Below, piece after piece: positions 47,391-56,963 of a stretch of 64,000 bases of DNA. Position 1 is the stretch's first letter. Every line of letters begins with the position of its first letter. The DNA comes from Solirubrobacterales bacterium (GTDB taxonomy: Bacteria; Actinomycetota; Thermoleophilia; Solirubrobacterales; JACPNS01): the NCBI GenBank assembly GCA_047605325.1, contig JASGFX010000011.1, forward strand, positions 534 through 64,533, read 5' to 3'. Below the pieces are notes generated by a model. That model was given only the letters and a program-made list of their open reading frames with translations, made no database searches and was not told where the DNA came from. A program made the translations under genes and the position numbers.

Positions 47391-48176
47391 GTGGCGTCAC
47401 GTAAGGAACAGAAGGAAGAGGCGCGCCTGGCGCGCGAGGCCAAGGAGCAGCAGCACGCCGCGGACGCGGCCAAGAAGCGTCGGCTCTCGATCATCGGCGG
47501 GGTCGTCGGACTCGCGCTGCTCGCGGTCGTGATCGCAGTGGTCGTCAGCGCCAGCAGCAACAGCGGCACGAGCACGTCCTCCGACGCCAAGACGGTCAAC
47601 GCCCGCTACGCGAACATCCCGCAGGACGGCGTCACCCTCGGCGAACCGGCCGCGAAGGCCACGATCGTCGAATTCGCCGACTTGCGCTGCCCCTACTGCA
47701 AGGACTTCGAAGAAGGCAGCATGCCGACGATCGTCGACGAGCTGATCAAGACCGGCAAGGCCAAGCTCGTCTTCCGCAACCTCACGATCCTCGACGCGGC
47801 GAGTCCGAGCGGCAAGGATTCGACGAACGCCGCCCAGTATGCGGCCGCGACGAGTCTGCAGAACAAGATGTTCCCATTCATCAACCTCTTCTACCTCAAC
47901 CAGCAGCCCGAGAACACGGACTACGTGACCGAGAGCTTCCTAAAGGGGATCGCCAACCAGATCACCGGCCTGAACGCCGACGAAGCCTGGACCAACCGCT
48001 CGAACCCGAAGGCCACGAACGAGCTCTCCAAGGCCGACGAGCAGGGTCAGGACCTCGGCGTCTCCGGCACCCCGACGATCTTCGTCGGCAAGGACGAGGA
48101 CTCGCTCGAGAAGGTCGACCTCTCCGACCTGACCAACCCGCAGCCGATCATCGACGCGGTCAACAACCTGCAGTAA
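47391..48176 (+). CDS. DsbA-family thiol:disulfide oxidoreductase, membrane-anchored
   Basis: GTG start, N-terminal TM, active site FADLRCPYCKDFE. Confidence 0.85.
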   Translation: MASRKEQKEEARLAREAKEQQHAADAAKKRRLSIIGGVVGLALLAVVIAVVVSASSNSGTSTSSDAKTVNARYANIPQDGVTLGEPAAKATIVEFADLRCPYCKDFEEGSMPTIVDELIKTGKAKLVFRNLTILDAASPSGKDSTNAAQYAAATSLQNKMFPFINLFYLNQQPENTDYVTESFLKGIANQITGLNADEAWTNRSNPKATNELSKADEQGQDLGVSGTPTIFVGKDEDSLEKVDLSDLTNPQPIIDAVNNLQ

Positions 48177-48195
48177 CGCGCAAGGAGCCCGGCCC

Positions 48196-48648
48196 GTGAA
48201 GACCGACCGCAACCTCGGGATCGCCATCGCGATCGTCTCCGCGCTCGGCCTTTGCGTGGCCGGCTACCTCGCTTACCACAAGCTCTTCGGCGGCACGTTG
48301 CAGTGCGTCGCCGGACACGGCTGCCAGATCGTCCAGAAGTCGAAATACGCGACCTTCCTCGGCGTGCCTGTCCCCTACATCGGCTTCGTCGGCTGGATCG
48401 GGATCCTGCTCAGCCTCCTCGTGCCCGGCGACATCGGCCGCGGAATCACCGCGGCGATGACGCTCTTCGGCGCGCTCTTCACGATCTACCTCACCTACCT
48501 CGAGCTGTTCGAGATCCACGCGATCTGTCCGTGGTGCGTGACCAACGGCGTGCTGATGGTGATCGCGGCTGGCCTGAGCATCTGGCGCCTGCTGGCGTAC
48601 CAGCCGCCGATTCTAGCGGCGATCTCAGCCGACGATCAGAACGAGTAG
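48196..48648 (+). CDS. Vitamin K epoxide reductase (VKOR) family protein
   Basis: 150 aa with 4 TM segments. Loop cysteines LQCVAGHGC and motif HAICPWCV. Confidence 0.85.
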   Translation: MKTDRNLGIAIAIVSALGLCVAGYLAYHKLFGGTLQCVAGHGCQIVQKSKYATFLGVPVPYIGFVGWIGILLSLLVPGDIGRGITAAMTLFGALFTIYLTYLELFEIHAICPWCVTNGVLMVIAAGLSIWRLLAYQPPILAAISADDQNE

Positions 48649-49694
48649 CCGCGTTCGCGGCGATGCTGCTCGTCGGCGAGCTCGAGCAGCCGGTCGAGCA
48701 ACTCGCCGTACGGCAGCCCCGACACCTCGAAGAGCTTCGCGTAGACGCTGGTGCTCGTGAACCCCGGGATCGTGTTGATCTCGTTGACGAGAATCGTCGG
48801 CGCCTCGCCCTCCTCGCCGTACTCGACGAAGAAGTCGACGCGGGCCATGCCGGCGCAGCCGACCAGCTTGAAGACGCGGGCGGCCAGCTGGGCGAGTTCG
48901 ATCTCGAGCGCCTCACCGATCGGCGCTGGCGCGACCAGTCGCATCCCGCCGCTCTCGTACTTGGCGTCGAAGTCGTACCAGTCGGCGTCGAACTCGAGCT
49001 TGCCCGGCTGGGAGAGTTCGAGCTCCTGATTGCCGAGCACGGAGATCTCGATCTCATCGCCGGATGAGCCGGCCTCGACGATCACGCGCGGATCGAACTT
49101 CAGCGCCTCGTCGATCGCCGACGCGAGCTGGCTCGCTTCGGTGACACGCGAGATGCCGACCGACGAGCCGAGCCGGGCGGGCTTGACGAAACAGGGGAAG
49201 CCGAGGCGCGTCGCCTCTTCGAGCAGGCGTGGACGGATGCGCTCATCGCCATGCCACTCGGCCGCGAGGATCGCGCAGTAGTCGACCTGCGGGATTCCGG
49301 CGCGGCCGGCAACTTCCTTGAAGAGCAGCTTGTCGAGGCAGACGGCCGACGCCGCGACGCCCGATCCGACGTAGGGAATCTCGAGCGAGTCGAGCGTGCC
49401 CTGGATCACGCCGTCCTCGCCGAACGGGCCGTGCAACGCAGGAAAGACGACATCGCCACCGAGCAGGCCCTCGCCGGGAGTGATCGAGATCGGCTCACCT
49501 GTGGGCATCTCTTCCGGGCCGAAGCGCACGACCTGGAACCACCGACCGTCGCGACCGATCTCGACGCGTACAACGTCGTGGCCCTGTGCGTGGAGGCCCT
49601 TCGCGACGGCCTCGCCGGAGGCCAGCGAAACTTCGCGCTCACTCGAGCGGCCGCCGGCCAGGAGCACGACACGCTTGCGATTCGGGGAAGCCAT
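48636..49694 (-). CDS. ddl: D-alanine--D-alanine ligase
   Basis: Contains VVLLAGGRSSEREVSLASG, GFPCFVKPARLGSSVGISRV and LVNEINTIPGFTSTSVY. Confidence 0.92.
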   Translation of the reverse strand: MASPNRKRVVLLAGGRSSEREVSLASGEAVAKGLHAQGHDVVRVEIGRDGRWFQVVRFGPEEMPTGEPISITPGEGLLGGDVVFPALHGPFGEDGVIQGTLDSLEIPYVGSGVAASAVCLDKLLFKEVAGRAGIPQVDYCAILAAEWHGDERIRPRLLEEATRLGFPCFVKPARLGSSVGISRVTEASQLASAIDEALKFDPRVIVEAGSSGDEIEISVLGNQELELSQPGKLEFDADWYDFDAKYESGGMRLVAPAPIGEALEIELAQLAARVFKLVGCAGMARVDFFVEYGEEGEAPTILVNEINTIPGFTSTSVYAKLFEVSGLPYGELLDRLLELADEQHRRERGYSF

Positions 49695-49789
49695 GCGCGG
49701 ACAGTACCCACAAGCGCGCGGCTGTTGGTTGTACCGGCGTCCAAGGAGCGGTGCTTTCGTCCGACCGGGGGGACGGCGCCGTCGTCCGT

Positions 49790-51583
49790 CTAGGGGACGG
49801 TGCCGTCGTCGACAAACTTGCCGACTTCGATCGTCACCACAGAACCGACATCGGCGGTGCCGTCAGAAGGATCCTGGTTCTGAACGATCCCGTCCTCGTC
49901 CTGGTCGGTCACGTCGATGCTCTTGGTCTTGGCGGTGAAACCGGCGTCCTGGAGCTGCGCCTTGGCGTCCGACGACTCGAGCCCTGTCACGTCGGGCACG
50001 CTGTTCTGACCGGAGGCGACCGTCAGCTTGATCTTCGATCCCTCGTCGGCCTTCGATGCGGCGGCCGGAGACTGTTTGGTGACCTCGTTCTCGGGCTTGT
50101 TGCTGTCGACCTCGGTGGAGGTGACGTCGAAGCCCGCGTCTTCGAGTGTCTTGGTCGCCTCTTCCTCGGACTGGCCGACGACATCTGGCACCACGACCTG
50201 CTTGGCGCCGCGACTGATGTAGAGCTCGACTTCGCTGCCCTTGTCGGCCTTCTCGCCGGCATCCGGCACGGTGCGCGTCGCCTTTCCGGCGTCGATGTCG
50301 CTGTTGTATTCCTTGACGATCTTCACCGTCAGGCCGAGCGCCTCGAGTTGTTTGGTCGCGGCGGCCTGACTCAGGCCCTCGACATCGGGCATCGTCACCT
50401 CACCCGGCCCCGAACTGACGTTGAGGATCACGGTCGAGTTCTTCTTGGCCTTCTGGCCACCGGACGGGCTCTGGCTGATCACTTCGCCCTTGGGCGCCTT
50501 GTTCGTCTGCAGGAAGATCTGACTCTTGAACCCGGCTTCGGCGACCCGCGACTGCGCATCGCCAGAGGCGCGGCCGACGACGTTGGGCACGACGGCTTTG
50601 TTTCCGATCAACAGGAAGTAGAGGAGGCCGGCCAGCAGCAGCGCCGCGACGACACAGCCGGCGATTATCCAGTTGCGCTTCTTGTTGTCCTTCTTGGCGT
50701 CGGGGGTGGCCGCCACCGCGCCGCGGATCTCGGTCTTGCCGGCCGGCGCGCCGAGGTTGTCCCGGGCGCGCTCAAGTGCTTGGCTGAACTCCTCGGCCGA
50801 GGCGTAGCGCTCGACCGGTGACTTCGCCATCGCCTTCATCGTCACGGCATCCAGCACCGGCGGCACGGAAGGATTGGCGGACGACGGCTTGGGCGCGGGC
50901 TGGTTGATGTGCTGAAGCGCGATCGCGACCGACGAGTCGCCGTCGAATGGCACCTTGCCGGTCAGCAGCTCGAACAGCACGACGCCGATCGAGTAGAGAT
51001 CAGAGCCGTTGGAGACCGGCTTGCCCTGAGCCTGCTCGGGAGAGATGTACTGCGCGGTGCCGACCATCTGACCGGTCTGCGTGATGTCGCCGTCGACCGG
51101 GTTGTGGGCGATGCCGAAGTCGGTGACCTTGACATTCCATTCGTCGTCGATCATCACGTTCTGCGGCTTGAGATCGCGGTGCACGAGACCCTTGCTGTGC
51201 GCGAAGCGGGCCGCGGCGAGGATCTGCAGGGTGATGTGGATCGCCAACTTCGGATCGAGCGCGCCCATCGCATTGACGACATCCTTCAGCGTGCGCCCCG
51301 GCAGGTACTCCATCGCGATGTAGTACGTGCTGCCGACTTGGCCGCGATCGAAGACGTTGACGACGTTCTTGTGCTGCAAGCCGGCGGCAGCCTGAGCCTC
51401 GCGCTGGAAACGCTGCACGAACGATTGATCCGCGGCGAAGCGTTCGTGCATCACCTTGAGCGCCACCGGGCGACCAAGGTGTTGGTCGTCACAGAGGTAG
51501 ACGTCGGCCATCCCGCCCGAGCCGATCCGGCTGCGCACGGTGTAGCGGTTGTCGATCAGTGTTCCGTTGGCAAGCACGCTCAT
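49790..51583 (-). CDS. pknB: Ser/Thr protein kinase PknB-type with four PASTA domains
   Basis: Contains GLVHRDLKPQNVMI, DFGIA and ISPEQ, then a TM and four ~65-aa PASTA-like repeats (VPNVVGR..., MPDVEGL..., VPDVVGQ..., VPDVTGL...). Confidence 0.92.
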   Translation of the reverse strand: MSVLANGTLIDNRYTVRSRIGSGGMADVYLCDDQHLGRPVALKVMHERFAADQSFVQRFQREAQAAAGLQHKNVVNVFDRGQVGSTYYIAMEYLPGRTLKDVVNAMGALDPKLAIHITLQILAAARFAHSKGLVHRDLKPQNVMIDDEWNVKVTDFGIAHNPVDGDITQTGQMVGTAQYISPEQAQGKPVSNGSDLYSIGVVLFELLTGKVPFDGDSSVAIALQHINQPAPKPSSANPSVPPVLDAVTMKAMAKSPVERYASAEEFSQALERARDNLGAPAGKTEIRGAVAATPDAKKDNKKRNWIIAGCVVAALLLAGLLYFLLIGNKAVVPNVVGRASGDAQSRVAEAGFKSQIFLQTNKAPKGEVISQSPSGGQKAKKNSTVILNVSSGPGEVTMPDVEGLSQAAATKQLEALGLTVKIVKEYNSDIDAGKATRTVPDAGEKADKGSEVELYISRGAKQVVVPDVVGQSEEEATKTLEDAGFDVTSTEVDSNKPENEVTKQSPAAASKADEGSKIKLTVASGQNSVPDVTGLESSDAKAQLQDAGFTAKTKSIDVTDQDEDGIVQNQDPSDGTADVGSVVTIEVGKFVDDGTVP

Positions 51584-51585
51584 GT

Positions 51586-53076
51586 TCAGATTCCTATTGG
51601 CCGCGCGGGGCCTGCTCCCTGCCGGGGGGCCGTCCTCTCATTGATTTCGAAGCAAATACTGCAACACCGTCGCGGGCGATCGGACCGCGACTCGCCGCCA
51701 ACTGGTGAGTCCTGAATCGAGACCGCGACGGCGTATTTCGGATCGTCGTACGGAGCAAAGCCGATGAACCACGCTTGGTTCAAGCCGTTGGAGAGTTCGG
51801 CGGTGCCGGTCTTGCCGGCCATCTTCAGGTTGCCGACGTTGGCCGCAGAACCCGTACCCTCCTCGACGACCTTGCGCATCATCTCGTTGAGCTGCTGTGC
51901 GGTCTTGGGCTTCATCACGCGCGTCGCGCGCTTCGGGCTGATATTGAAGGTCGTGCGCCCGTACTCGTCACGGAACATGCGCGCGAGTCGCGGTTCCATG
52001 CGCACCCCGCCGTTGGCCACGGTCGCCGCGACCTCGGCCATCTGAATCGGCGTGACGAGCAGACGCTCCTGGCCGATCGCGGTGCGCGCAAGGTCGATGT
52101 TCGCGTCTGACGGCAGCAGCGAGGCGCCACTGCGCAGACCACTCGCGCTGAGTTCGCCGACCGGAAGATCGACAGGCGGCGGGGCGTAGAAGCCGTATCG
52201 CTTCATGTATTCGAGCAGCCTGCTCTTGCCGAGTTCGACGCCGATGTTGCCGAAAGCAGTGTTGACCGAGTAGGTCAGCGCTGTCTCGAGGTCGGTCGGA
52301 CCGAACTGCTGATTGAAGTCGTTCTTCAGCGGTTTGCTGGCGAACGTCTGCGGCGAGTTGCCGTCGACGGTGCTCGTCGTGCTCATCACGCCGGTGTCGA
52401 GCGCGGCTGTCGCGGTCACCACTTTGAAGGTCGAACCGGGCGGGTAGGTCGCCTTCGACACACGGTCGAACAGCGGCGCGTTCTTCTCGTCGGCGTTCAG
52501 CGCGCTCACCCCGGCGGCGGTGTTCATCTGCTGCGGGTCGTAGCTCGGGCGGCTGAGATAGACCGGGATGCGCCCGGTCGAAGGGTCGATCACGACGACC
52601 GCCCCCTTCAGCCCGGCCATCTGCTGCTCGGCGACGCGCTGCGCGCCGACATCGAGGTTCGTGACCATGTTCTGCTCTTCGCCCCCGCGCCCGAGGATCT
52701 GGTCGATCACCGAAAGGGTCGAGCGACTCTCGCCGGTCAGCTTCTCGTTCCAGTACTTCTCGAGGCCGGACTGGCCATAGAAGGCGTATGAGTATCCGAC
52801 CGGATGGGCGAACAGCTCACCGGTCGGGTAGCGGCGCACGTACTCGCCGCTCGCGCGCTTCGTGCTGCGCGCCAGCGTGCGACCGCCCGCCGCGTAGATC
52901 GCACCACGCGGTTTCTTCGCATTCTTCTGTGCCGGAATCTTGTTCAACGCGTTCTGGTTCAACGAGCGCGCGTCGAACACGGTCCAGCGCGCCGTGTAGA
53001 AGAGCAGCAGCGCAAACAGCGCGACCACGACATAGAACACCCGCCGGATCGGCTTGTTCATCTTGCTCGTGCCCAC
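51586..53076 (-). CDS. pbpA: Class B penicillin-binding protein (PbpA-type transpeptidase); the 3' end may carry indels
   Basis: Contains GSTFKVVTA (SxxK), YSVNTAF (SxN) and AGKTGTA (KTG). The start is GTG 53076 (GGGGTGA 5 nt upstream) or ATG 53061 (MNKPIRR). The last ~35 aa (RSDRPRRCCSICFEINERTAPRQG...) look out of frame; see findings. Confidence 0.88.
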   Translation of the reverse strand: MGTSKMNKPIRRVFYVVVALFALLLFYTARWTVFDARSLNQNALNKIPAQKNAKKPRGAIYAAGGRTLARSTKRASGEYVRRYPTGELFAHPVGYSYAFYGQSGLEKYWNEKLTGESRSTLSVIDQILGRGGEEQNMVTNLDVGAQRVAEQQMAGLKGAVVVIDPSTGRIPVYLSRPSYDPQQMNTAAGVSALNADEKNAPLFDRVSKATYPPGSTFKVVTATAALDTGVMSTTSTVDGNSPQTFASKPLKNDFNQQFGPTDLETALTYSVNTAFGNIGVELGKSRLLEYMKRYGFYAPPPVDLPVGELSASGLRSGASLLPSDANIDLARTAIGQERLLVTPIQMAEVAATVANGGVRMEPRLARMFRDEYGRTTFNISPKRATRVMKPKTAQQLNEMMRKVVEEGTGSAANVGNLKMAGKTGTAELSNGLNQAWFIGFAPYDDPKYAVAVSIQDSPVGGESRSDRPRRCCSICFEINERTAPRQGAGPARPIGI

Positions 53077-53077
53077 G

Positions 53078-54391
53078 TCAGATCACCCCGCCCAGTTCCG
53101 CCTCCTGGCGACGCGCGTCGTTGCTGATCTTCATCAGCAACGCGACGAGCACGAAGTTCGCGACGATGCTGGATCCGCCGTACGAGACGAACGGCAACGT
53201 GACTCCAGTCAGCGGGATGACCGTGGTGACTCCGCCGACGATCACGAAGACCTGCAGCGCGAAGACGAATGTCAGCCCGGTCGCGAGCAGCTTCGAGAAG
53301 GCGTCGCGCGCGATGATCGCGGTCTTCAGGCCGCGCTCGATGAACACCACATAGAGCAGCAGCAGTCCGATCGCGCCGATCAGTCCGGTCTCGCCGGTGT
53401 AGAGCGCGTAGATCGAGTCGGTCTGCACGGCCGGAAGGATCGGCGTGCCGCCGGAACTGATCAGAGCTCCGCCGAAGCCGCTGCCGAGCGTGCCGCCGTC
53501 GGCCATCGTGAAGAGCCCCTGGGCGATCTGGTAGCTGCCGCCCTCAGCGCGGTAGAGGTCGGGATTGAGCGGGTGATGCCAGATGTCGGCGCGCGCCTGC
53601 ACGTGGCCGACCGTGTGACTGAAGAATTCGAAGCCGAAGACGAACATCACCACGCCGAGCACCACATACGAGAGCCGACCAGTGGCCACGTAGAGCAGCG
53701 CGAGGAATCCGCCGAAGAACATCACCGCGCTGCCGAGGTCGCGGATGAACACGAGCATGAACATCGCGAAGGCCCAGATCACCACCATCGGGCCGAAGAA
53801 GCCCATCGGCGGAAAGCTGACCCCGAGAATTCGCTTCTCCTGGGTGACGAGGATCTCGCGCGTCTCAGCCAGATAGGCCGCGACGAAGATCACGATCGCG
53901 AGCTTCGCCAGCTCGGTCGGTTGGAAGGCCAGCGGCCCGAGCTTGATCTGCAGATAGGCGCCGTTGACCACGCCGCCGGTCAGGCGCGGCAGCACCAGCA
54001 GGATGAACGCGCCGATCGCGATCGTGTAGCGATAGCGCTCGAGGATCGAGAGGTCGCGCACGAGGATCACGGTCGCCGCGAAGGCGAGCAGAGCGATCAC
54101 GAACCACTGCGCCTGGTCGCGCGCAAGCTCCGGGCTGATCCGATAGACGGTGACGATTCCGACACCCGCGAGCGCGGCGGTGACCGGATAGATGTAGGGA
54201 TCGGCGTCGGGCAGCTGCCAGCGGATGAACAGGTGGCCGGCCAGGCACAGGCCGAGGAAGATCGCGCCGTAGGTGACGGTGAGGTCGTTGACCTCAGCCT
54301 CGCGCGCGATCAGCACGCCCGCGAAACCGGCCGCCGTCGCAAGGGCGACGGGGATCAGTCCGAAGAGTTCGCGATTGCGCGCGCTGAGCAT
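53078..54391 (-). CDS. rodA: FtsW/RodA/SpoVE family peptidoglycan glycosyltransferase
   Basis: 437-aa polytopic protein containing IPLTGVTLPFVSYGGSSIVAN. Confidence 0.9.
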   Translation of the reverse strand: MLSARNRELFGLIPVALATAAGFAGVLIAREAEVNDLTVTYGAIFLGLCLAGHLFIRWQLPDADPYIYPVTAALAGVGIVTVYRISPELARDQAQWFVIALLAFAATVILVRDLSILERYRYTIAIGAFILLVLPRLTGGVVNGAYLQIKLGPLAFQPTELAKLAIVIFVAAYLAETREILVTQEKRILGVSFPPMGFFGPMVVIWAFAMFMLVFIRDLGSAVMFFGGFLALLYVATGRLSYVVLGVVMFVFGFEFFSHTVGHVQARADIWHHPLNPDLYRAEGGSYQIAQGLFTMADGGTLGSGFGGALISSGGTPILPAVQTDSIYALYTGETGLIGAIGLLLLYVVFIERGLKTAIIARDAFSKLLATGLTFVFALQVFVIVGGVTTVIPLTGVTLPFVSYGGSSIVANFVLVALLMKISNDARRQEAELGGVI

Positions 54392-54410
54392 CTCTCGCCC
54401 CCCGGCGCGG

Positions 54411-55715
54411 CTATTGGCCGGTCGAGCCTGAATCCTCGGAATCGGTCTTGCTCACGCCGTTGACGTCGTCGACGTCGATCTTGCCGAGTTCGATCTGCTG
54501 CGCGAGGTCGAGCGCGTCAGAACGCGAGCGCAGCTTGTGGTCGAGGATGTGCTCGCGCAGGTTGTCGGGCAGCTCGCTGACCGGCGTGCCGGTCACGTAG
54601 TCGCGCGTGTAGAGCGAGACGCCGAGCGGCAGGTCGTACGGCAGGCCGCGGTAGACCGTGACCAGGCCCTGATCGTTGCCGCCGATGAAGTAGACGTTGA
54701 GCGATCCGACGATCGCGCCGCCGATCATCACCAGGACGACGAACCCAGCGATCACCGCGCCGACCCAGCGCCGCGACTTCTTCGTGTTCTGTCTGCGCCG
54801 CTCGAACTCACGACGCGAGTGAGCCTCGCGCGAGGCGGTGCTGTCGCCGTTGCCACTTGCCGCGGCGGCCGCGGCCGTCTGCGGGACAGGCGCGGTGGCG
54901 GCCGGCTCTGTGGACGGAACGTCCGGAACGACCACAGCCGGGGCGACGACCGTCTCGTCCGGTCCCGGCTCGGTGGCGGCCGGCTCGGGTGTTCTGGCGC
55001 CGGCGCCGTCGACCTTGAAGACGACCGCGGTGATGTTGTCGACGCCGCCGTTCTCGTTGGCGCGGCGGATCAGGTTGTCGGCGATCTCCTTGGACGGCCT
55101 GCCCGAAGCCAACTCCTGTTCGATCGTCGCCTCGTCGACCATGCCGGTCAGGCCGTCGCTGCAGACAAGAAAGACGTCGCCGGCCTTGACCGAATGACTC
55201 AGCGTGTCGATCTCGACATCGTCTTCCGGTCCGAGCGCGCGCGTGAGGATTGAGCGCTGTGGGTGCACCTCTGCTTCTGCCTCGGTGATCGCGCCGCGGC
55301 GCACCATCTCGCCGACCAACGAGTGGTCGCGCGTCAGACGGGTGAGTTCACCGTCACGAACTCGGTAGGCACGGCTGTCGCCGACGTGGGCGATCGTGAT
55401 CTCGTCGTCGCCGAGCAGCAGCGCCGTGATCGTCGTGCCCATCCCCTGGAACTCGTCGCCGCTGCGCGACTTCTCGTGGATTGAGTGATTGGCACGGCGC
55501 ACGGCCTGCGCCATCCGCGGCTCAGGGGCGACCGATTCGTCGAGCGGCTGCTTGAAGGCGTCGACGGCCAGACCCGAAGCGACCTCGCCGGCCTGCGCGC
55601 CGCCCATGCCGTCGGCGACGACGAACAACGGGACTCGCACGTAGTAGGAGTCCTCGTTCGCCTTGCGAACGCGGCCGACGTCGGAAGACGCAGCGTGATC
55701 GACTACGCGGAGCAT
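54411..55715 (-). CDS. pstP: PP2C-family Ser/Thr phosphatase with C-terminal TM
   Basis: Contains SDVGRVRKANEDSYYV, VADGMGGAQAGEVAS and GGVDNITAVV, with a TM near the C-terminus. Confidence 0.9.
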   Translation of the reverse strand: MLRVVDHAASSDVGRVRKANEDSYYVRVPLFVVADGMGGAQAGEVASGLAVDAFKQPLDESVAPEPRMAQAVRRANHSIHEKSRSGDEFQGMGTTITALLLGDDEITIAHVGDSRAYRVRDGELTRLTRDHSLVGEMVRRGAITEAEAEVHPQRSILTRALGPEDDVEIDTLSHSVKAGDVFLVCSDGLTGMVDEATIEQELASGRPSKEIADNLIRRANENGGVDNITAVVFKVDGAGARTPEPAATEPGPDETVVAPAVVVPDVPSTEPAATAPVPQTAAAAAASGNGDSTASREAHSRREFERRRQNTKKSRRWVGAVIAGFVVLVMIGGAIVGSLNVYFIGGNDQGLVTVYRGLPYDLPLGVSLYTRDYVTGTPVSELPDNLREHILDHKLRSRSDALDLAQQIELGKIDVDDVNGVSKTDSEDSGSTGQ

Positions 55716-55718
55716 CGA

Positions 55719-56189
55719 TTACTCCTCATACCTGAACTCGGTGTCGCCAATCGTGATCTTGTCGCCGGGGTGGAGCTGCTGCGGCCCTTCGACGCGCGCG
55801 CCGTTCAAATAGGTGCCGTTGGTTGAGCCGAGGTCCTCAAGATAGTTGTAGGGACCACGGGCGGTGATCCGCGCGTGACGCGCCGAGGCGAAGACGTCAT
55901 CGACGATCACCTCGGCCGGCTTGTCGCGGCCCAGCAGCAGGCCCCCGAGCAGGTCGAACGAGCTGCCGGTCTCGTACCGGCTCGCGGCCACAACGACGAG
56001 TCTCGGGCGGACGCCCGCCTTCAGGTCGATCGGGGCGCGTCCGCCGTCTCCGCCATCGAGCAGCGGGTCGAAGTCGGCCTGTTCGCTCCCCACAAGGTCG
56101 CGCGAGCTGCTGCGCACCACCCAGACGATGAACAGGAAAAGAAGGAGTAGAAACGCGAACTTCAGCGCGACTGCGATCGGGTCGTCCAT
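55719..56189 (-). CDS. fhaB: FHA-domain protein (FhaB/FipA-like) with N-terminal TM
   Basis: Contains LLLGRDKPAEVIVDDVFASARHARI and LEDLGSTNGTYLNG. Confidence 0.88.
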   Translation of the reverse strand: MDDPIAVALKFAFLLLLFLFIVWVVRSSSRDLVGSEQADFDPLLDGGDGGRAPIDLKAGVRPRLVVVAASRYETGSSFDLLGGLLLGRDKPAEVIVDDVFASARHARITARGPYNYLEDLGSTNGTYLNGARVEGPQQLHPGDKITIGDTEFRYEE

Positions 56190-56192
56190 CGC

Positions 56193-56963
56193 TTACTCCA
56201 AGACAAAGTTGAGGACGGTGTTGCCGAGCTGCACGACGTCGCCGGAGCGCAGCACTGCCGGACCACCCAGGCTGCCGCCGTTGAGGCGCGTGCCGTTGGT
56301 CGAGCCGAGATCCTCGACGATCCAGTCGGATCCGTCGGCGCGGAAACCTACGTGGCGACGCGAGATGTTCGGATCGTCGAGTCGCACGTCGGCATCGCGA
56401 CCACGGCCGACGACGGTCTGCGGCGGAGTCAGCGCATAGCGGCGATCGCCCGACTCGATCACGGCGCGCGTGGCCGGACGCGAAGAGGCGCGCGGCTCAA
56501 GCTCTTCCGGCGGAGCCTGCAGATCGCGCACGTTGTAGACCTGTGTGTGCCCCGACGCCGCCTGCGGCTCGACCGGCTCGACCTCCTCGTCGGGCGCATC
56601 GGCGAGGCGTGCCTGGATTCCGAACAGCCCCAACTCGAGACGATCGTCGGTCTCGAAGGAGACCGTCGGACGGCTGAGCAGCGAGTAGCCGCGCTTCCTG
56701 GCGTGCTCGAGCAGGTAGAGCGAGAGCTCGCGCTGCAGGCCATCCTCGTAGTGCGAGAACTGCTCGCGGTCGCGCGGCGAGAGAAAGACCGTGTACTCGT
56801 TGGGCGCATAGGTGCGTGACACCGAGGCGGCACGATGCGCGTCCATCTCGCGCGCCAACTTGCGCGCCAGCTCGATCGGCTGCACCTCTGATTTGAAGGC
56901 GGATTTGAATCCGCCCTCGATCAGCCGCTCCAGCTTCGATTCAAAGTTCTTGAGGAAGTTCAC
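56193..56963 (-). CDS. fhaA: FhaA-like protein (DUF3662 N-domain plus C-terminal FHA domain)
   Basis: Begins MNFLKNFESKLERLIEGGFKSAFKSEVQPIELARKL. The C-terminus has VGRGRDADVRLDDPNISRRHVGF...VEDLGSTNGTRLNG. The GTG start overlaps the upstream kinase stop (GTGA). Confidence 0.88.
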   Translation of the reverse strand: MNFLKNFESKLERLIEGGFKSAFKSEVQPIELARKLAREMDAHRAASVSRTYAPNEYTVFLSPRDREQFSHYEDGLQRELSLYLLEHARKRGYSLLSRPTVSFETDDRLELGLFGIQARLADAPDEEVEPVEPQAASGHTQVYNVRDLQAPPEELEPRASSRPATRAVIESGDRRYALTPPQTVVGRGRDADVRLDDPNISRRHVGFRADGSDWIVEDLGSTNGTRLNGGSLGGPAVLRSGDVVQLGNTVLNFVLE

